Source of the DNA: Octopus sinensis
Taxonomy: Eukaryota
Assembly: GCF_006345805.1 (NCBI RefSeq)
Contig: NC_043026.1
Location: 12,503,579 to 12,567,578, forward strand
Direction: 5' to 3'
Length of the DNA stretch: 64,000 bases
The notes beneath the pieces are model-generated. The model was given only the letters and a program-made list of their open reading frames with translations, had not been told where the DNA came from and made no database searches. This document shows positions 1 through 10,920 of this stretch, piece by piece. Both the position numbers and the translations under genes were made by a program. How positions within the stretch are numbered: the first letter of the stretch is position 1; every line of letters starts with the position of its first letter.

Positions 1-609
1 ATATGGTTTCTCCCCTGTATGAATACGCACATGTTTAGTTAAATCTCCAGTTTGATAGAACGATTTACCACAGACGTCACAATGATATGGCTTCTCTCCT
101 GTATGAATATACTTGTGTTTACCCAAGTTACTACTTGTAGTGAATGATTTACCACAGATATCACAGTGATATGGCTTCTCTCCTGTATGAGTAAATTTGT
201 GTGTAGATAAGTTGCTTATCTGAAAGAACGATTTACCACAGATATCGCAGGAATATGATTTGTCTCCAGAATGTATATGCTTGTGTTTAGTTAAGGTACC
301 ACGAAGAGAGAAAGCCTTACCACAGTTGTCACACTGATAAGGTTTTTCTCCTGTATGAATTCTTTTGTGAGTGAGTAAAATATTTATTTGAGAGAATGAT
401 TTCCTACAAACACCACAGCGATGAGGCCTCTCTCTTGTGTGAATGCGTTTGTGTACAGCTAAGTGACTATTTACAGAGAAGTATTTATCACAGATATCAC
501 AATAATATAGCTTCTTGCCTCTGTTAACATATTTGTCTTTAATTTTCAGAGAAAATGATTTTTTAGGGATACCAGGATGGTATGATGATTCTTCAGTCTC
601 CTTTGACAT
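1..609 (-). CDS. C2H2 zinc-finger protein, 5' part; ORF is open to the window edge
   Basis: Manual translation from ATG at 609: MSKETEESSYHPGIPKKSFSL...CDICDKYFSVNSHLAVHKRIH...[27 protein letters not shown]. 203 codons without a stop; 6 intact fingers with TGEKPY-type linkers plus a degenerate first finger. Confidence 0.93.
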   Translation of the reverse strand, partial: MSKETEESSYHPGIPKKSFSLKIKDKYVNRGKKLYYCDICDKYFSVNSHLAVHKRIHTRERPHRCGVCRKSFSQINILLTHKRIHTGEKPYQCDNCGKAFSLRGTLTKHKHIHSGDKSYSCDICGKSFFQISNLSTHKFTHTGEKPYHCDICGKSFTTSSNLGKHKYIHTGEKPYHCDVCGKSFYQTGDLTKHVRIHTGEKPY

Positions 610-648
610 CTCTTCAAGAAAATAAGAATCAATTTTTAAGTTTCTTAC

Positions 649-725
649 TTAAATTGTATCATTAGATTTCTTCTCTTAAATTGTATCATTAGATTTCTTC
701 CATTATATCATTAGATTTCTTCTCT
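649..725. repeat. Short tandem repeat (about 27 bp x2.7) in the leader of gene 1
   Basis: Repeated TTAAATTGTATCATTAGATTTCTTCTC. Confidence 0.8.
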
Positions 726-954
726 CACAACAATATATGTACATCTTCTTGTTTAACTTTTAATAGTTTATTTCTTTCAAATATTCTTCAAAAGTATTTT
801 CCCATCAACTATGATTTTCATCAGTATTTCATGATGCAATGAATGAACAGATTTGAAAATCCATCCAATTCTTTCAACAAGTAGAGAAATGTTGCAATTA
901 ATTTCAATTTAGAAGAAATATTTCATTGTAGTTTACAATAGATTTATTTAAACA

Positions 955-1530
955 GTGAAGGCACACAGCCCAGTGGTTAGAGCATTAGGCTCGCAATCAC
1001 AAGGTAGTGAGTTCGATTCCTGGACTGGGTGCTGTGTGGTGTTCTTGAACAAGACACTTTATTTCATGTTGCTCCAGCTAATTCAGCTCTAGAAATGAAC
1101 TGTGACATCAATGGCACCAAGCTGTATCAACCTTTGCCTTTCCCTTGGATAACATCAGTGGTGTAGAGAGGGGAGGCTGGTATGCATGAGCAATAAGGCG
1201 GCGAGCTGGCAGAAACATTAGCATGTTGGGCGAAATTCGTAGCCGCATTTCGTCTGTTACGTTCTGAGTTCAAATTCCGCCGAGGTCGACTTTGCCTTTT
1301 GTCCTTTCGGGGTCGATAAATTAAGTACCAGTTACGCACTGGGGTTGATGTAATCGACTTAATCCGTTTGTCTGTCCTTGTTTGTCCTCTCCGTGTTTAG
1401 CCCCTTGTGGGTAGTAAAGAAATAGGTATGCATGAGTAATCACTTGTTTTCCATAAACAACCTTGCCTGGACCTGTGCCTTGGAAGGGAACTTTACAGGT
1501 GCAATCCCATTCCTGATCGAAGGGGGCCTT
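955..1530 (+). mobile_element. Old tRNA-head SINE (family E) interrupted by a SINE-A copy
   Basis: A-box-like CCCAGTGGTTAG and B-box GAGTTCGATTCC; related pieces at about 32400-32890 and 39110-39580. Confidence 0.65.
1195..1424 (+). mobile_element. tRNA-derived SINE family A (Meta-like central domain), full length
   Basis: GGCGGCGAGCTGGCAGAA head, GAGTTCAAATTCC B box, GCCTTT..CCTTTCGGGGTCGATAAATTAAGTACC core; 16-bp TSD GGTATGCATGAG(C/T)AAT at 1179-1194 and 1425-1440. Confidence 0.9.
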
Positions 1531-1803
1531 TTATATAAACAGAGTTTTATTTGTTCTGTAAGGCATTTTGTTCTAACCTTTAAAAGATGACAAATGTTGA
1601 AGACAAATTTGAGGTGAGTAATTCTTTGATGCCAAAGTTATCTGATATTCTTGTAGATACTGCAGACTAGAAATGCTGCCATCAATCTCCGTTCAGTTAT
1701 ATATTTGTTGTACGTCATGTTTTTCTTTAGTCTTTAAAAGATAATAAATGTTGACAATGAATCTGATGGAAGCAATTCTTTGATGTCACAGTTGTCTGAT
1801 ATT

Positions 1804-1846
1804 CTGAAATAAGAGAGAAACAACAGTATTAGATATAGAGGATATT
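1804..1846 (-). promoter_or_regulatory. Putative 3' splice acceptor of gene 1 (coding exon begins at 1803)
   Basis: Reverse complement reads CCTCTATATCTAATACTGTTGTTTCTCTCTTATTTCAG|AATATCAGAC, nearly identical to 22868-22915. Confidence 0.7.
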
Positions 1847-1850
1847 TTAA

Positions 1851-2575
1851 CCCTTTCGATTCCAACCTGGTTGAAACCGGCTCTGGCTCTGAGTACAATT
1901 GTCTTGTTTCCATAAGTTTTAAATTAAAATCTTCCACCAAACCTTAGTCACATTTTATGTTCCTAACACTAGCTTAATGGTAACTAAGTTATTTTACTGA
2001 ATTCTTTGTTATATTTAAAATAATTGAAAGAAACACAGAGCATCTCAACAGAAGTATGGTAACAAAAGGGTTAAAATATATAATAGAGAAACAATTCTTA
2101 ACCCTTTTGATACCAACCTGGCTGAAACCACTTCTGGCTCTGTAGTACAGATGTCTTGTTTTCATAAGTTTTGAATTAAAATCTTCCACCAAACTTTAGT
2201 CACAATTTATGTTCCTAACACTAGCTGAATGATAACTAAGTTATTTTACTAAATTCTTTGTTATATTTAAAGTAATTGAAAGAAACACAGAGCATCTCAA
2301 CAGAAATATGGTAACAAGAGGGTTAAAATATATAATAGAGAAACGATTCTTAACCCTTTCGATACCAACCTGGTTGAAACCATCTCTGGCTCTGTAGTAC
2401 AGATGTCTTGTTTTCATAAGTTTTGAATTAAAATCTTCCACCAAACCTTAGTCACAATTTATGTTCCTAACACTAGCTGAATGATAACTAAGTTATTTTA
2501 TTAAATTCTTTGTTATATTTAAAATTAATTGAAAGAAACACAGAGCATCTCAAAATAAATGCAGTAACAAAAGGG
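1851..2575 (-). mobile_element. piggyBac-like MITE trimer (3 x about 221 bp)
   Basis: Units 1851-2070, 2102-2322 and 2354-2575, each CCCTT...A(A/G)GGG and flanked by TTAA; 23-bp spacers between units. Confidence 0.88.
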
Positions 2576-2669
2576 TTAATAGCTGAAATGAAACAGTGGA
2601 AGTGTTACTACATTTCTCCAAAGGTAAGTTGTAGAAGTAAACATTCACCTGAACAACTGAACTTTACTT

Positions 2670-3702
2670 TTCAAGTTGGAACGACTCCTCTTCCGCTTTT
2701 TGTGGAAGGGAGGAAAGCCACTTGTGAGGCGCTCCGTTTGCTGCCAGGAACCGTTAAAGGGTGGACTGGGAATGCCCCTGGCTGATGATGCGCAGACATG
2801 CGTTGAGGCTGAGCCACCTCTGGTGCCACCTGGAGGGTGATAAGGTGTGGAGTTCGCTGGCGGAGGAGTTCTTGCCATGACTGGCCTCTTTGGAGAAATT
2901 TAAACCTGGTTTCATTAAAAGATGTAACCTGACTTTATGGCAGAAGGGTTAGGCGCTCTGGCTGATCCACAAGACGGGCAAGGCCAGCAGCAGGAATACC
3001 ACCTCGGTGTTCTATAGAGGGCTGGTAGAGGCAAAAAACGATGACATCCTAGGAGGGGCTCTGGGGTTCGATGAGAACCAACTTGCCAACCTGTTCAAAA
3101 AAACTTTCAGGCCGAGGTACTTGGATAACTTTCAAAAATCCCACCTGGCAGTGCTACAGGAATGCTGTACCTGTTCACAATAAGTTATCCAGGCACGAAA
3201 TGTCAGAGCCATCGACGTGTCCAAGATGCGGGTTGGACAATGAAACTGTCCAGCACGCTTTTGTACAATGTCAGGAGCTATCCAAGTTACATCGAACACG
3301 TGCTGTCGCATCTGGGACAAGTACAGGTGTCAGCTGAATCTATAATAAAGATGATACCGCCAACTGGACTCTCAAAGGAAGGTAAGGCATGTTTTGACTG
3401 TACGGTTGCAGTACTGAAAGAGTGTGTTTGGAGGACTAGAATGGAAGGTTCTGTGACAGGGTCCTTCATCTCTGGCCCCGGTTTGCTGTCTTACTTCATA
3501 TACCATCTGAAGAGCAAGATGGGGTTGGAGAGGAAGACCCTGCCACTGAGAGAATACGAGAAACGATGGAAGGATGTGATGAGAAAGGTGGGCGTTAGTA
3601 ACCCAGCTTAATCATTGATGAAAGGAAGACAGTTGCTGGGCCTTATAGGCTGCTGGGTTCGATCTTTTGAACTTTTATTCGTTTTCTTTCATTAAAAAAA
3701 AG
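2670..3702 (+). mobile_element. 5'-truncated, frameshifted Tx1/L1-clade non-LTR retrotransposon 3' end (zf-RVT region)
   Basis: ORF 3071-3337 has WQCYRNAVPV...CPRCGLDNETVQHAFVQC (zf-RVT-like) and continues in another frame (3162-3611); A-run at about 3694-3702. Confidence 0.8.
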
Positions 3703-3754
3703 TTCTAGTTAAAAGAAAAATTAATCGTTATATAAAATATTTTAAAACATAATA

Positions 3755-4160
3755 AGCGCAGGAGTGGCTGCGTGGTAAGTAGCTTGTTTACCAACCACAT
3801 GGTTCCGGGTTCAGTCCCACTGCGTGGCACCTTGGGCAAGTGTCTTCTGCTATAGCCCCGGGCTGACCAATGCCTTGTGAGTGGATTTGGTAGACGGAAA
3901 CTGAAAGAAGCCTGTCGTATATATGTATATATATATATGTATGCGTGTGTTTGTGTCTGTGTTTGTCCCCCTAGCATTGCTTGACAACCGATGCTGGTGT
4001 GTTTATGTCCCCGTTACTTAGCGGTTCGGCAAAAGAGACCGATAAAATAAGTACTGGGCTTACAAAAGAATAAGTCCCGGGGTCGATTTGCTCGAGTAAA
4101 AGGCGGTGCTCCAGCATGGCCGCAGTCAAATGACTGAAATAAGTAAAAGAGTAAAAGAGT
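3755..4160 (+). mobile_element. tRNA-derived SINE family B
   Basis: GCGCAGGAGTGGCTG head, GGTTCAGTCCC B box, GCACCTTGGGCAAGTG core, (GTAAAAGA)n tail; more than 12 copies in the window. Confidence 0.9.
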
Positions 4161-4619
4161 ATAATGCTCATTCGAACTCATATAACTTTTTTGTATTTGT
4201 TTGTCTTGTAATGTCCCTTTCTATGTACGATCCTTTTGATCATAATAAAGATTTCATTTCAAACTTGAAGAAAAAAAGCCTTGCATATTTGTTCTTCCCT
4301 GTTCCATTTGTGTATGTAAAATCCGCAAATTTCCAAGCAGAAAACAGAATCGAACTGTTATTTGCTTCCACGGAAATACATACCCGAAGTGAAATGTTTT
4401 GATTTTGTCGAGTTATATCGAAGGAATGCCAAAAATTGATTTGGAATCAAACAGAGAAAAGAATATTGATTGTTAAACACCAAAAACCATCCACATATGT
4501 TATTAGCAACCTAAATTACAAACTGATCGAAGTCAAGGAAAAATTTATGGAAAAAAAGTACTTGTCACATTTGTCTTAAATTCTCTCAACTTCAGGAACA
4601 ACAATGATTAACAAATGTG

Positions 4620-5012
4620 ACTCTCTTTTTACTCTTTTACTTGTTTCAGTCATTTGACTGCGGCCATGCTGGAGCACCGCCTTTAGTCGAGCAAATCGAC
4701 ACCAGGACTTATTCTTTGTAAGCCCAGTACTTATTCTATCGGTCTCTTTTTTGCCCAACCGCTAAGTGACGGGGACGTAAACACACCAGCATCGGTTGTC
4801 AAGCAATGCTAGGGGGACAAACACAGACACACAAACGCATATATATATACATATATACGACGGGCTTCTTTCAGTTTCCGTCTACCAAATCCACTCACAA
4901 GGCTTTAGTCGGCCCGGAGCTATAGCAGAAGACACTTGCCCAAGATGCCACGCAGTGGGACTGAACTCGGAACCATGTGGTTGGTTAGCAAGCTACTTAC
5001 CACACAGACACA
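4620..5012 (-). mobile_element. SINE family B
   Basis: Reverse complement of 3755-4160. Confidence 0.9.
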
Positions 5013-5077
5013 GGTACGTTTTTTCAATAAATTTTTCCTTGACTTCAATCAGATTGTAATTTAGGTTGCTAATAACG

Positions 5078-5301
5078 GTACTGCTTGCGAACAGTGGTCC
5101 CGATGCGCGCACTCGCGTAGTCGCACTAGCTAGTCGTGACTAGTCGATCCTACACAAAGTAAATAATTTTTGTTAAACAAAGTAAATAAAGCACACAAAA
5201 AACAAAGTAAATAACACACAAAAACACAAAGTAAGGATCGACTAGTCATGACTAGCTAGCGCGAGTGCGCGCACCGGGGGCCACTGTTCTCAAGTAGTAC
5301 C
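5078..5301. mobile_element. Mutator-like MITE (family M3) with about 75-bp TIRs
   Basis: GGTACT..GAACAGTGGTCCC...GGGCCACTGTTC..AGTACC; second copy at 30422-30671 has a perfect 9-bp TSD. Confidence 0.8.
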
Positions 5302-5657
5302 GTTATTAGCAACCTAAATTACATTCTGATATTGAAGTCAAGGAAAAATTTATTGAAAAAAAGCACCTGTCACATTTGTTTAAAATTCTCTCAACTTCAG
5401 GAACAACAATGATCACCAGTTTCTAAGCTCAAAGATGATACAACAGTACAAATAATGATGCAATACCTGCAATGTAATTTATTTAAACAGGTAGGGAGAA
5501 AAGAAGATATCGGATATTACTCATTTTGCCCCTCAACCCTACAATTTACTATCGCGATCCATTTATCACTCTATTACAGCGAGGGCTACAAATTTAATAC
5601 TAGTCATATTAAACAATCGATCAAATAAGTTATCACTTTTACACTGCTGAGTAAAGG

Positions 5658-5850
5658 ACTTACTAGTATTTTTCCATAAATTTCTAATTTCTGTTTCCCA
5701 TCTCGTCTAGTCTTAATCTTCCGTAAATAATTTCCTTGTGGAATACAAGAAAGTTGTAAAAGAAACCGACACGGTAAAATGAAACGAAACGTACTATAAC
5801 TCCGTAGAGTTTTGCATTTCAAACTATTTCTTCCGGCTAATCTGAACGTG
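5658..5850 (-). promoter_or_regulatory. Putative non-coding first exon and donor (GTAAGT, G at 5663) of gene 1
   Basis: Homologous to 17509-17680 and 29382-29560; CpG-containing; CCGGAAG ETS-like motif on the minus strand at about 5829-5835. Confidence 0.55.
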
Positions 5851-6276
5851 ATTTCAAATATACCCTGCACTATTCAATTAACATCTCCATGGCATATAAT
5901 CCCTAATACGTTTATAATCATTAAGTTCGTGGGATCTTTTCTGTTGCTGTCACAGACTTCAAATTTTTTTTTAAGGTTTCGTTCCAGTTTTCAAATTTGA
6001 CAAACTGATTTAGTTTTGTATGCTAATTATAGAGGTGAAAATCATTTTTGCCATTAATTAATAAATAAAAAGTTAATAGTTTTTTTAAATTTGCAAATTT
6101 TGGGTAATTTTAGCCAATCGAAAGCCACAGGCACATTGGTGCCCATAGTAACAAGCCATGGTGTTGTCTGCTTAAAATTACTACAAGTACAACGTGTAAT
6201 TTCTTAACCTATTTTTCTTTTACGAGTACCAATACTTTCGTTTTTAGATTTTCGCTACAAAAAAAAAAAAAAAATG

Positions 6277-6708
6277 GGCAATCTTTCGTCTCTAGTAGAC
6301 CTTTCCGTCGATTTCCGTAAAAAAATTTTTTTTTTTTACATATGGGCTTGCGGGAACTTTTGAAGTAATGAGAGCGAAAGAGACTAAGAGAAAGCGATTG
6401 GATGACGAGGGAAGTTCTTTTGAAGTTACTGTGCATGGCAAGCATTGATGTACATGTGTGTGTGTGTGTGTGTTTGATGGGGTGTGGGAGACAGACAGTA
6501 TGTTGTGTAAGTGAAGTGCTTCTGTTAGTGTGTGTGAAGAGACAGAGAGAGTAATGTGTGAAAGAGAGAGATAACTGAAATTTTTTACTCGGTGTATGTG
6601 TATATGTATGTATATTACTTCAAAAGTTCCCGCAAGCCCATATGTAAAAAAAAAAAAAATTTTTTTACGGAAATCGACGGAAAGGTCTACTAGAGACGAA
6701 AGATCGCC
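6277..6708. mobile_element. Long-TIR MITE family M2 (Mutator-like or hAT-like)
   Basis: About 90-bp TIR GGCGATCTTTCGTCTCTAGTAGACC...; flanking AAAAAATG duplication; 4 copies in the window. Confidence 0.85.
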
Positions 6709-6864
6709 AAAAAATGTATTAATTGTTTACATGAGCTGAGCTATTACCGTGGCTGGCAATAAAGTCAAAGGAAAAACGACACACTTTTGGCTAGGAAAAA
6801 AAAGTCACAACCAATTTATGGTGGCCGGTAATGAAGTCACAATTTTGTTAAGAAAAAAAAGTCA

Positions 6865-7265
6865 GGCGCAGGAGTGGGTGTGTGGTAAGTAGCTTACTTA
6901 CCAACCACATGGTTCCGGGTTCAGTCCCACTGCGTGGCACCTTGGGCAAGTGTCTTCTACTATAGCCTCGGGCCGACCAAAGCCTTGTGAGTGGATTTGG
7001 TAGACGGAAACTGAAAGAAGCCCGTCGTATATATGTATATATATATGTGTGTGTGTGTGTGCGTCTGTGTTTGTCCCCCTAGCATTGCTTGACCACCGAT
7101 GCTGGTGTGTATATGTCCCCGTCACTTAGCGGTTCGGCAAAAGAGACCGATAGAATAAGTACTGGGTTTACAAAGAATAAGTCCCAGGGTCGAGTTGCTC
7201 GATTAAAGGCGGTGCTCCAGCATGGCCGCAGTCAAATGACTGAAACAAGTAAAAGAGTAAAAGAG
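6865..7265 (+). mobile_element. SINE family B
   Basis: Full head to tail match to 3755-4160. Confidence 0.9.
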
Positions 7266-7340
7266 TAATCAAACAAAAATATTCAAGTCAGTCACAATTT
7301 ATTAAAGTACCATAAACAATTAAAGTTATAAAGCAGAAAA

Positions 7341-7759
7341 TGGATCTTTTCGGTTTGAACGGCAGTTTTTTTCTAGCGGTGTCATATGAAATTGTCACCC
7401 ATAATTATGACCCTAGTATCAATCTATTGCATTTCAATCTGTTTTAGGGTTAGGGGTTGGGAGGGAAGGGTATCTTTTTTCTTTACAAATGTAAATAAAC
7501 CCGATCTGTTTCTTAAACGAGGGACATATTCATACGGCACAGAATGTTTTTTTTTTACCTCAATAGACGTCACTGATTGGTTGAAATTGCAGAAATTGAA
7601 GAAGAAAAAACCCAAATATCTTACAAACTATATAATATTCTCAATAAAGCCAAGAGAAAAAGATGTTTTATAAACACATTTTACCAGTATACGAAGTTTA
7701 AAATTTTTTAGTTACCTAGAAATTATGTTAAAAACTGCCGGTCAAACCGAAAAGATCCC
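7341..7759. mobile_element. MITE family M4
   Basis: TIR GGGATCTTTTCGGTTTGA(A/C)CGGCAG at both ends; other copies at 29.8 kb and 44.5-46.3 kb. Confidence 0.85.
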
Positions 7760-8908
7760 TTTTTTCTGATGATTTTTCCTTTAAAATTGTTTCTATAAAA
7801 AAAAACGATAAACGTCGCCCTTTTCAAGCCTAGACAGGCTCATGGGCCCGGTTTCTGTGGCATATGTGTTCCCCCCAGCTGGACGGGACGCCAGTCCATC
7901 GCAGAAATTGTTTCTATGCTTGTTCGAAAATTTGTTTTGCATTATTGCAGGTGGGGCTCAGTTAGAATTTTCTTTTGGTCGAGTAAACCATTCCGCTCAA
8001 AAGGTCCCTGAATAAGGGTTATTTAAGGATGTTGAACGAAACACCCATGTTTCCAGAGGTGAATTATTCAAACCCCAAAGAATCCCTCTCAACACATGGC
8101 TATGATGCTCCCCCACTACTTCTGCTCGTGATCAGAGACGCACATATCGTCAGCCACTTAGGGACATGCTCAACTGGTTATGGTCAAACAACTGACAAGC
8201 AAATCTGTGGTATTGAGCAGAATATTTGCTGTAGCCCATCTTTTATACCAAGACAAAACAATGTACATGATAACACTTCCAATCAGTTAAGATCAGAAGC
8301 CATGAGAGCCACTGCCTGGTACTGCATCGAAAAGGAAGATGAGGTTAGAGAGGAGAGTGCTGTTTGATAGCAAGTTTTCTGAAAGGTGGGTGAATTGTGC
8401 AAGAATGGCCAGTGAAAATGGACCAATTCTGAGGTTTTGCCTGTAACTGAAAAAGGTATTATAAAAGGAGAAAGGGCTCTCTACCCCACTTTTGACCAGG
8501 CTTCCGTGGCTTTTATGGGTTTTTCCACGTGAGACCTTTTCTTTTTTTTTTTGAAGTGTCTCCTCTATTGGGAGTTTTTCGTTGTTAAACTGCCTTTTTA
8601 CTCGATGTTTTCACAAACGGACAAAACCCTTTGTAACCTTTCGTCCTGTTTTGTCCCTTTATGTTTACCAATCATGTTTGTCAGCCCTTGTGGCCAATAA
8701 ACAGAATTAATTATTATTATTACTATTAAAGTAGTGAGCAGATAGAACTGTTTGCATGCTGGGTAAAATGCTTAGCATGATTTCTTCTGGATTCAAGTAA
8801 ACTTCGCCTATCATCATTTTGAGCTCAATAAAATAAGTACCAGTTGAGCACAGAGTAATTGACTTATCCCTTCATAGAAATTGCTAGACTTATAACAGAC
8901 ATTATTAA

Positions 8909-9381
8909 CCCTTTCATTACTGTATTTATTTTGAGATGCTCTGTCTTTCTTTCAATTACTTTAAATTAAAGAAAGAATTTAGTAAAATAACTTAGTTACC
9001 ATTAAGCTAGTGTTAGGAACATAAATTGTGACTAAGGTTTGGTGGAAGATTTTAATTCAAAACTTATGGAAACAAGACATTTGTTCTACAGAACCAGAGG
9101 TGGTTTCAACCAGGTTGGTATCAAAAGGGTTAAGAATTGTTTCTCTATTATATATTTTAACCCTTTTGTTACTATATTTCTGTTGAGATGCTCTGTGTTT
9201 CTTTCAATTATTTTAAATATAACAAAGAATTTAGTAAAATAACTTAGTTACCATTCAGCTAGTGTTAGGAACATAAATTGTGACTAAGGTTTGGTGGAAG
9301 ATTTTAATTCAAAACTTATGAAAACAAGACATTTGTTCTACAGAGCCAGAGCCGGTTTCAGCCAGGTTGGTATCAAAAGGG
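8909..9381 (+). mobile_element. piggyBac-like MITE dimer
   Basis: TTAA-flanked units 8909-9129 and 9161-9381; same 23-bp spacer, reverse orientation to 1851-2575. Confidence 0.88.
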
Positions 9382-9636
9382 TTAAGGCAGCAAGGTGGCA
9401 AAGTCATCAGAATGGTGGGTGATGGCTTAGTGGCCTTTCATCTGTCTTTACATTCTGAGTTCAAATTCTGTGGAGGTCAACTTTGCCTTTCATCCTTTTG
9501 GCATTGATAAAATAAGTACCAGTGGAACACTGGTGGTGGTGGTGTGTGTGTGTGTGGGGGGGGGTGTAATCGACTTGGTTCCTCCCTTGAGATTAATGAT
9601 CTTCTGCCAAAATTTCAAACCATTATTATTACTACT

Positions 9637-9860
9637 AAGGTGGTAAGCTGGCAGAATTGTTAGCACGCCGGCTAAAATGCGTAGCCGTATTTCGTCTGCC
9701 GTTACGTTCTGAGTTCAAATTCCGCCGTGGTCGACTTTGCCTTTCATCCATTCGGGGTCGATAAATTAAGTACCAGTTACACACTGGGGTCTATCTAATC
9801 GGCTTAATCCGTTTGTCTGTCCTCTCTGTGTTTAGCCTCTTGAGGGTAGTAAAGAAATAG
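9637..9860 (+). mobile_element. SINE family A
   Basis: Head, B box, core and GTAAAGAAATAG tail. Confidence 0.88.
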
Positions 9861-9897
9861 ATCACTTCTCGGCCTTTTGGCTAAGATCAAAGTGTAG
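9861..9897 (+). pseudogene. RNU2: U2 snRNA 5' fragment (about nt 1-36) fused to a SINE-A
   Basis: ATCACTTCTCGGCCTTTTGGCTAAGATCAAAGTGTAG versus recalled U2 5' end ATCGCTTCTCGGCCTTTTGGCTAAGATCAAGTGTAG (1 substitution, 1 extra A). Confidence 0.85.
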
Positions 9898-10127
9898 AAT
9901 CGTTAGCTCACTGGGTAAATTAATTAGTGGCATTTCCTTTGTCCTTAGTTCTGAGTTCAAATTCCACGGAGGTCGGTTTTGCTTTTGATCCTTTTGGAAT
10001 TGATGAAATAAGTTCCAGTTTCGCACTGGGGTTGATGTAGTCGAACTGCTCCTCCCACCAAAAAACAAGAGTTTAAAGGACCAGTAATGATAAGGCTGTT
10101 GACTGGGAGAACACAAACATGGTTTAA

Positions 10128-10591
10128 CCCTTTTGATACCAACCCGGCTCTGGCTCTGTAGTACAAATGTCTTGTTTCATAAGTTCTGAATTAAAATCTG
10201 TCACCAAACCTTAGTCACAATTTATGATCCTAACAGTAGCTGAATGATAAGTAAGTTATTTTACTAAATTCTTTGATATATTTAAAATTAATTGACAGAA
10301 ACACAGAGCATCTCAACAGAAATATAGTAACAAGAGGGTTAAAATATATAATAGAGAAACAATTCTTAACCCTTTTGATACCAACCTGGTTGAAACCACC
10401 TCTGGCTCTGTAGTACAAATGTCTTGTTTTCAGAAGTTTTGAATTAAAATCTTCCACCAAACCTTCGTCACAATTTATGTTCCTAACACTAGCTGAATGG
10501 TAACTAAGTTATTTTACTAAATTCTTTGTTATATTTACAATTAATTGAAAGAAACACAGAGCATCTCAAAATGAATATGGTAACGAAAGGG
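10128..10591 (-). mobile_element. piggyBac-like MITE dimer
   Basis: Units 10128-10338 and 10370-10591, TTAA flanks, same spacer. Confidence 0.88.
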
Positions 10592-10689
10592 TTAAACAGT
10601 AAGCTTGGCAGGAAAGAAACGTGCCTTCAAGCAGTACAAAAGCAACAAAAAATGGAATGTTCTACATGTAAATATGACAGAAGAAGAAT

Positions 10690-10920
10690 TTAAGAATAAA
10701 ACAGTTTTATTTAGCTTTCATAGTCCTTAGATTGAAATGATGTTAAAACTAAAGATTCTGGCCATTGCAGATGATGAGATGATGAGAAAATTTGGCTTCT
10801 TTTATAACAAAATATGTCCATAAATGGACATGAAAATATGGATGGAGAATGTTCCATAAATTACATCAACCGTTTTGTATTCATATTAAGTTTATCGTTA
10901 CATTTACATATGCAAATTAA
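10690..10920 (-). other. Conserved downstream block (likely 3' UTR end with AATAAA) of the 13.2-kb gene, paralogous to 58460-58680
   Basis: CTTCTTT(T)ATAACAAAATATGTCCATAAATGGACAT..AAATATGGATG..AATGTTCCA.AAATTACATCAACCGTTTTGTATTCA shared; TTTATT near 10706 reads AATAAA on the minus strand. Confidence 0.65.

Noticed and set aside
1989-2444. Repeated 67-aa ORF MVEDFNSKLM... (also 9039, 10230)
   Set aside because: It spans MITE units and the spacer, starts at a non-ATG codon, and resembles no transposase; its recurrence only reflects the repeat.
7990-8330. 112-aa ORF 8029-8367 / possible dispersed repeat
   Set aside because: No recognisable domain and only one copy in the window; cannot be classified without a search.
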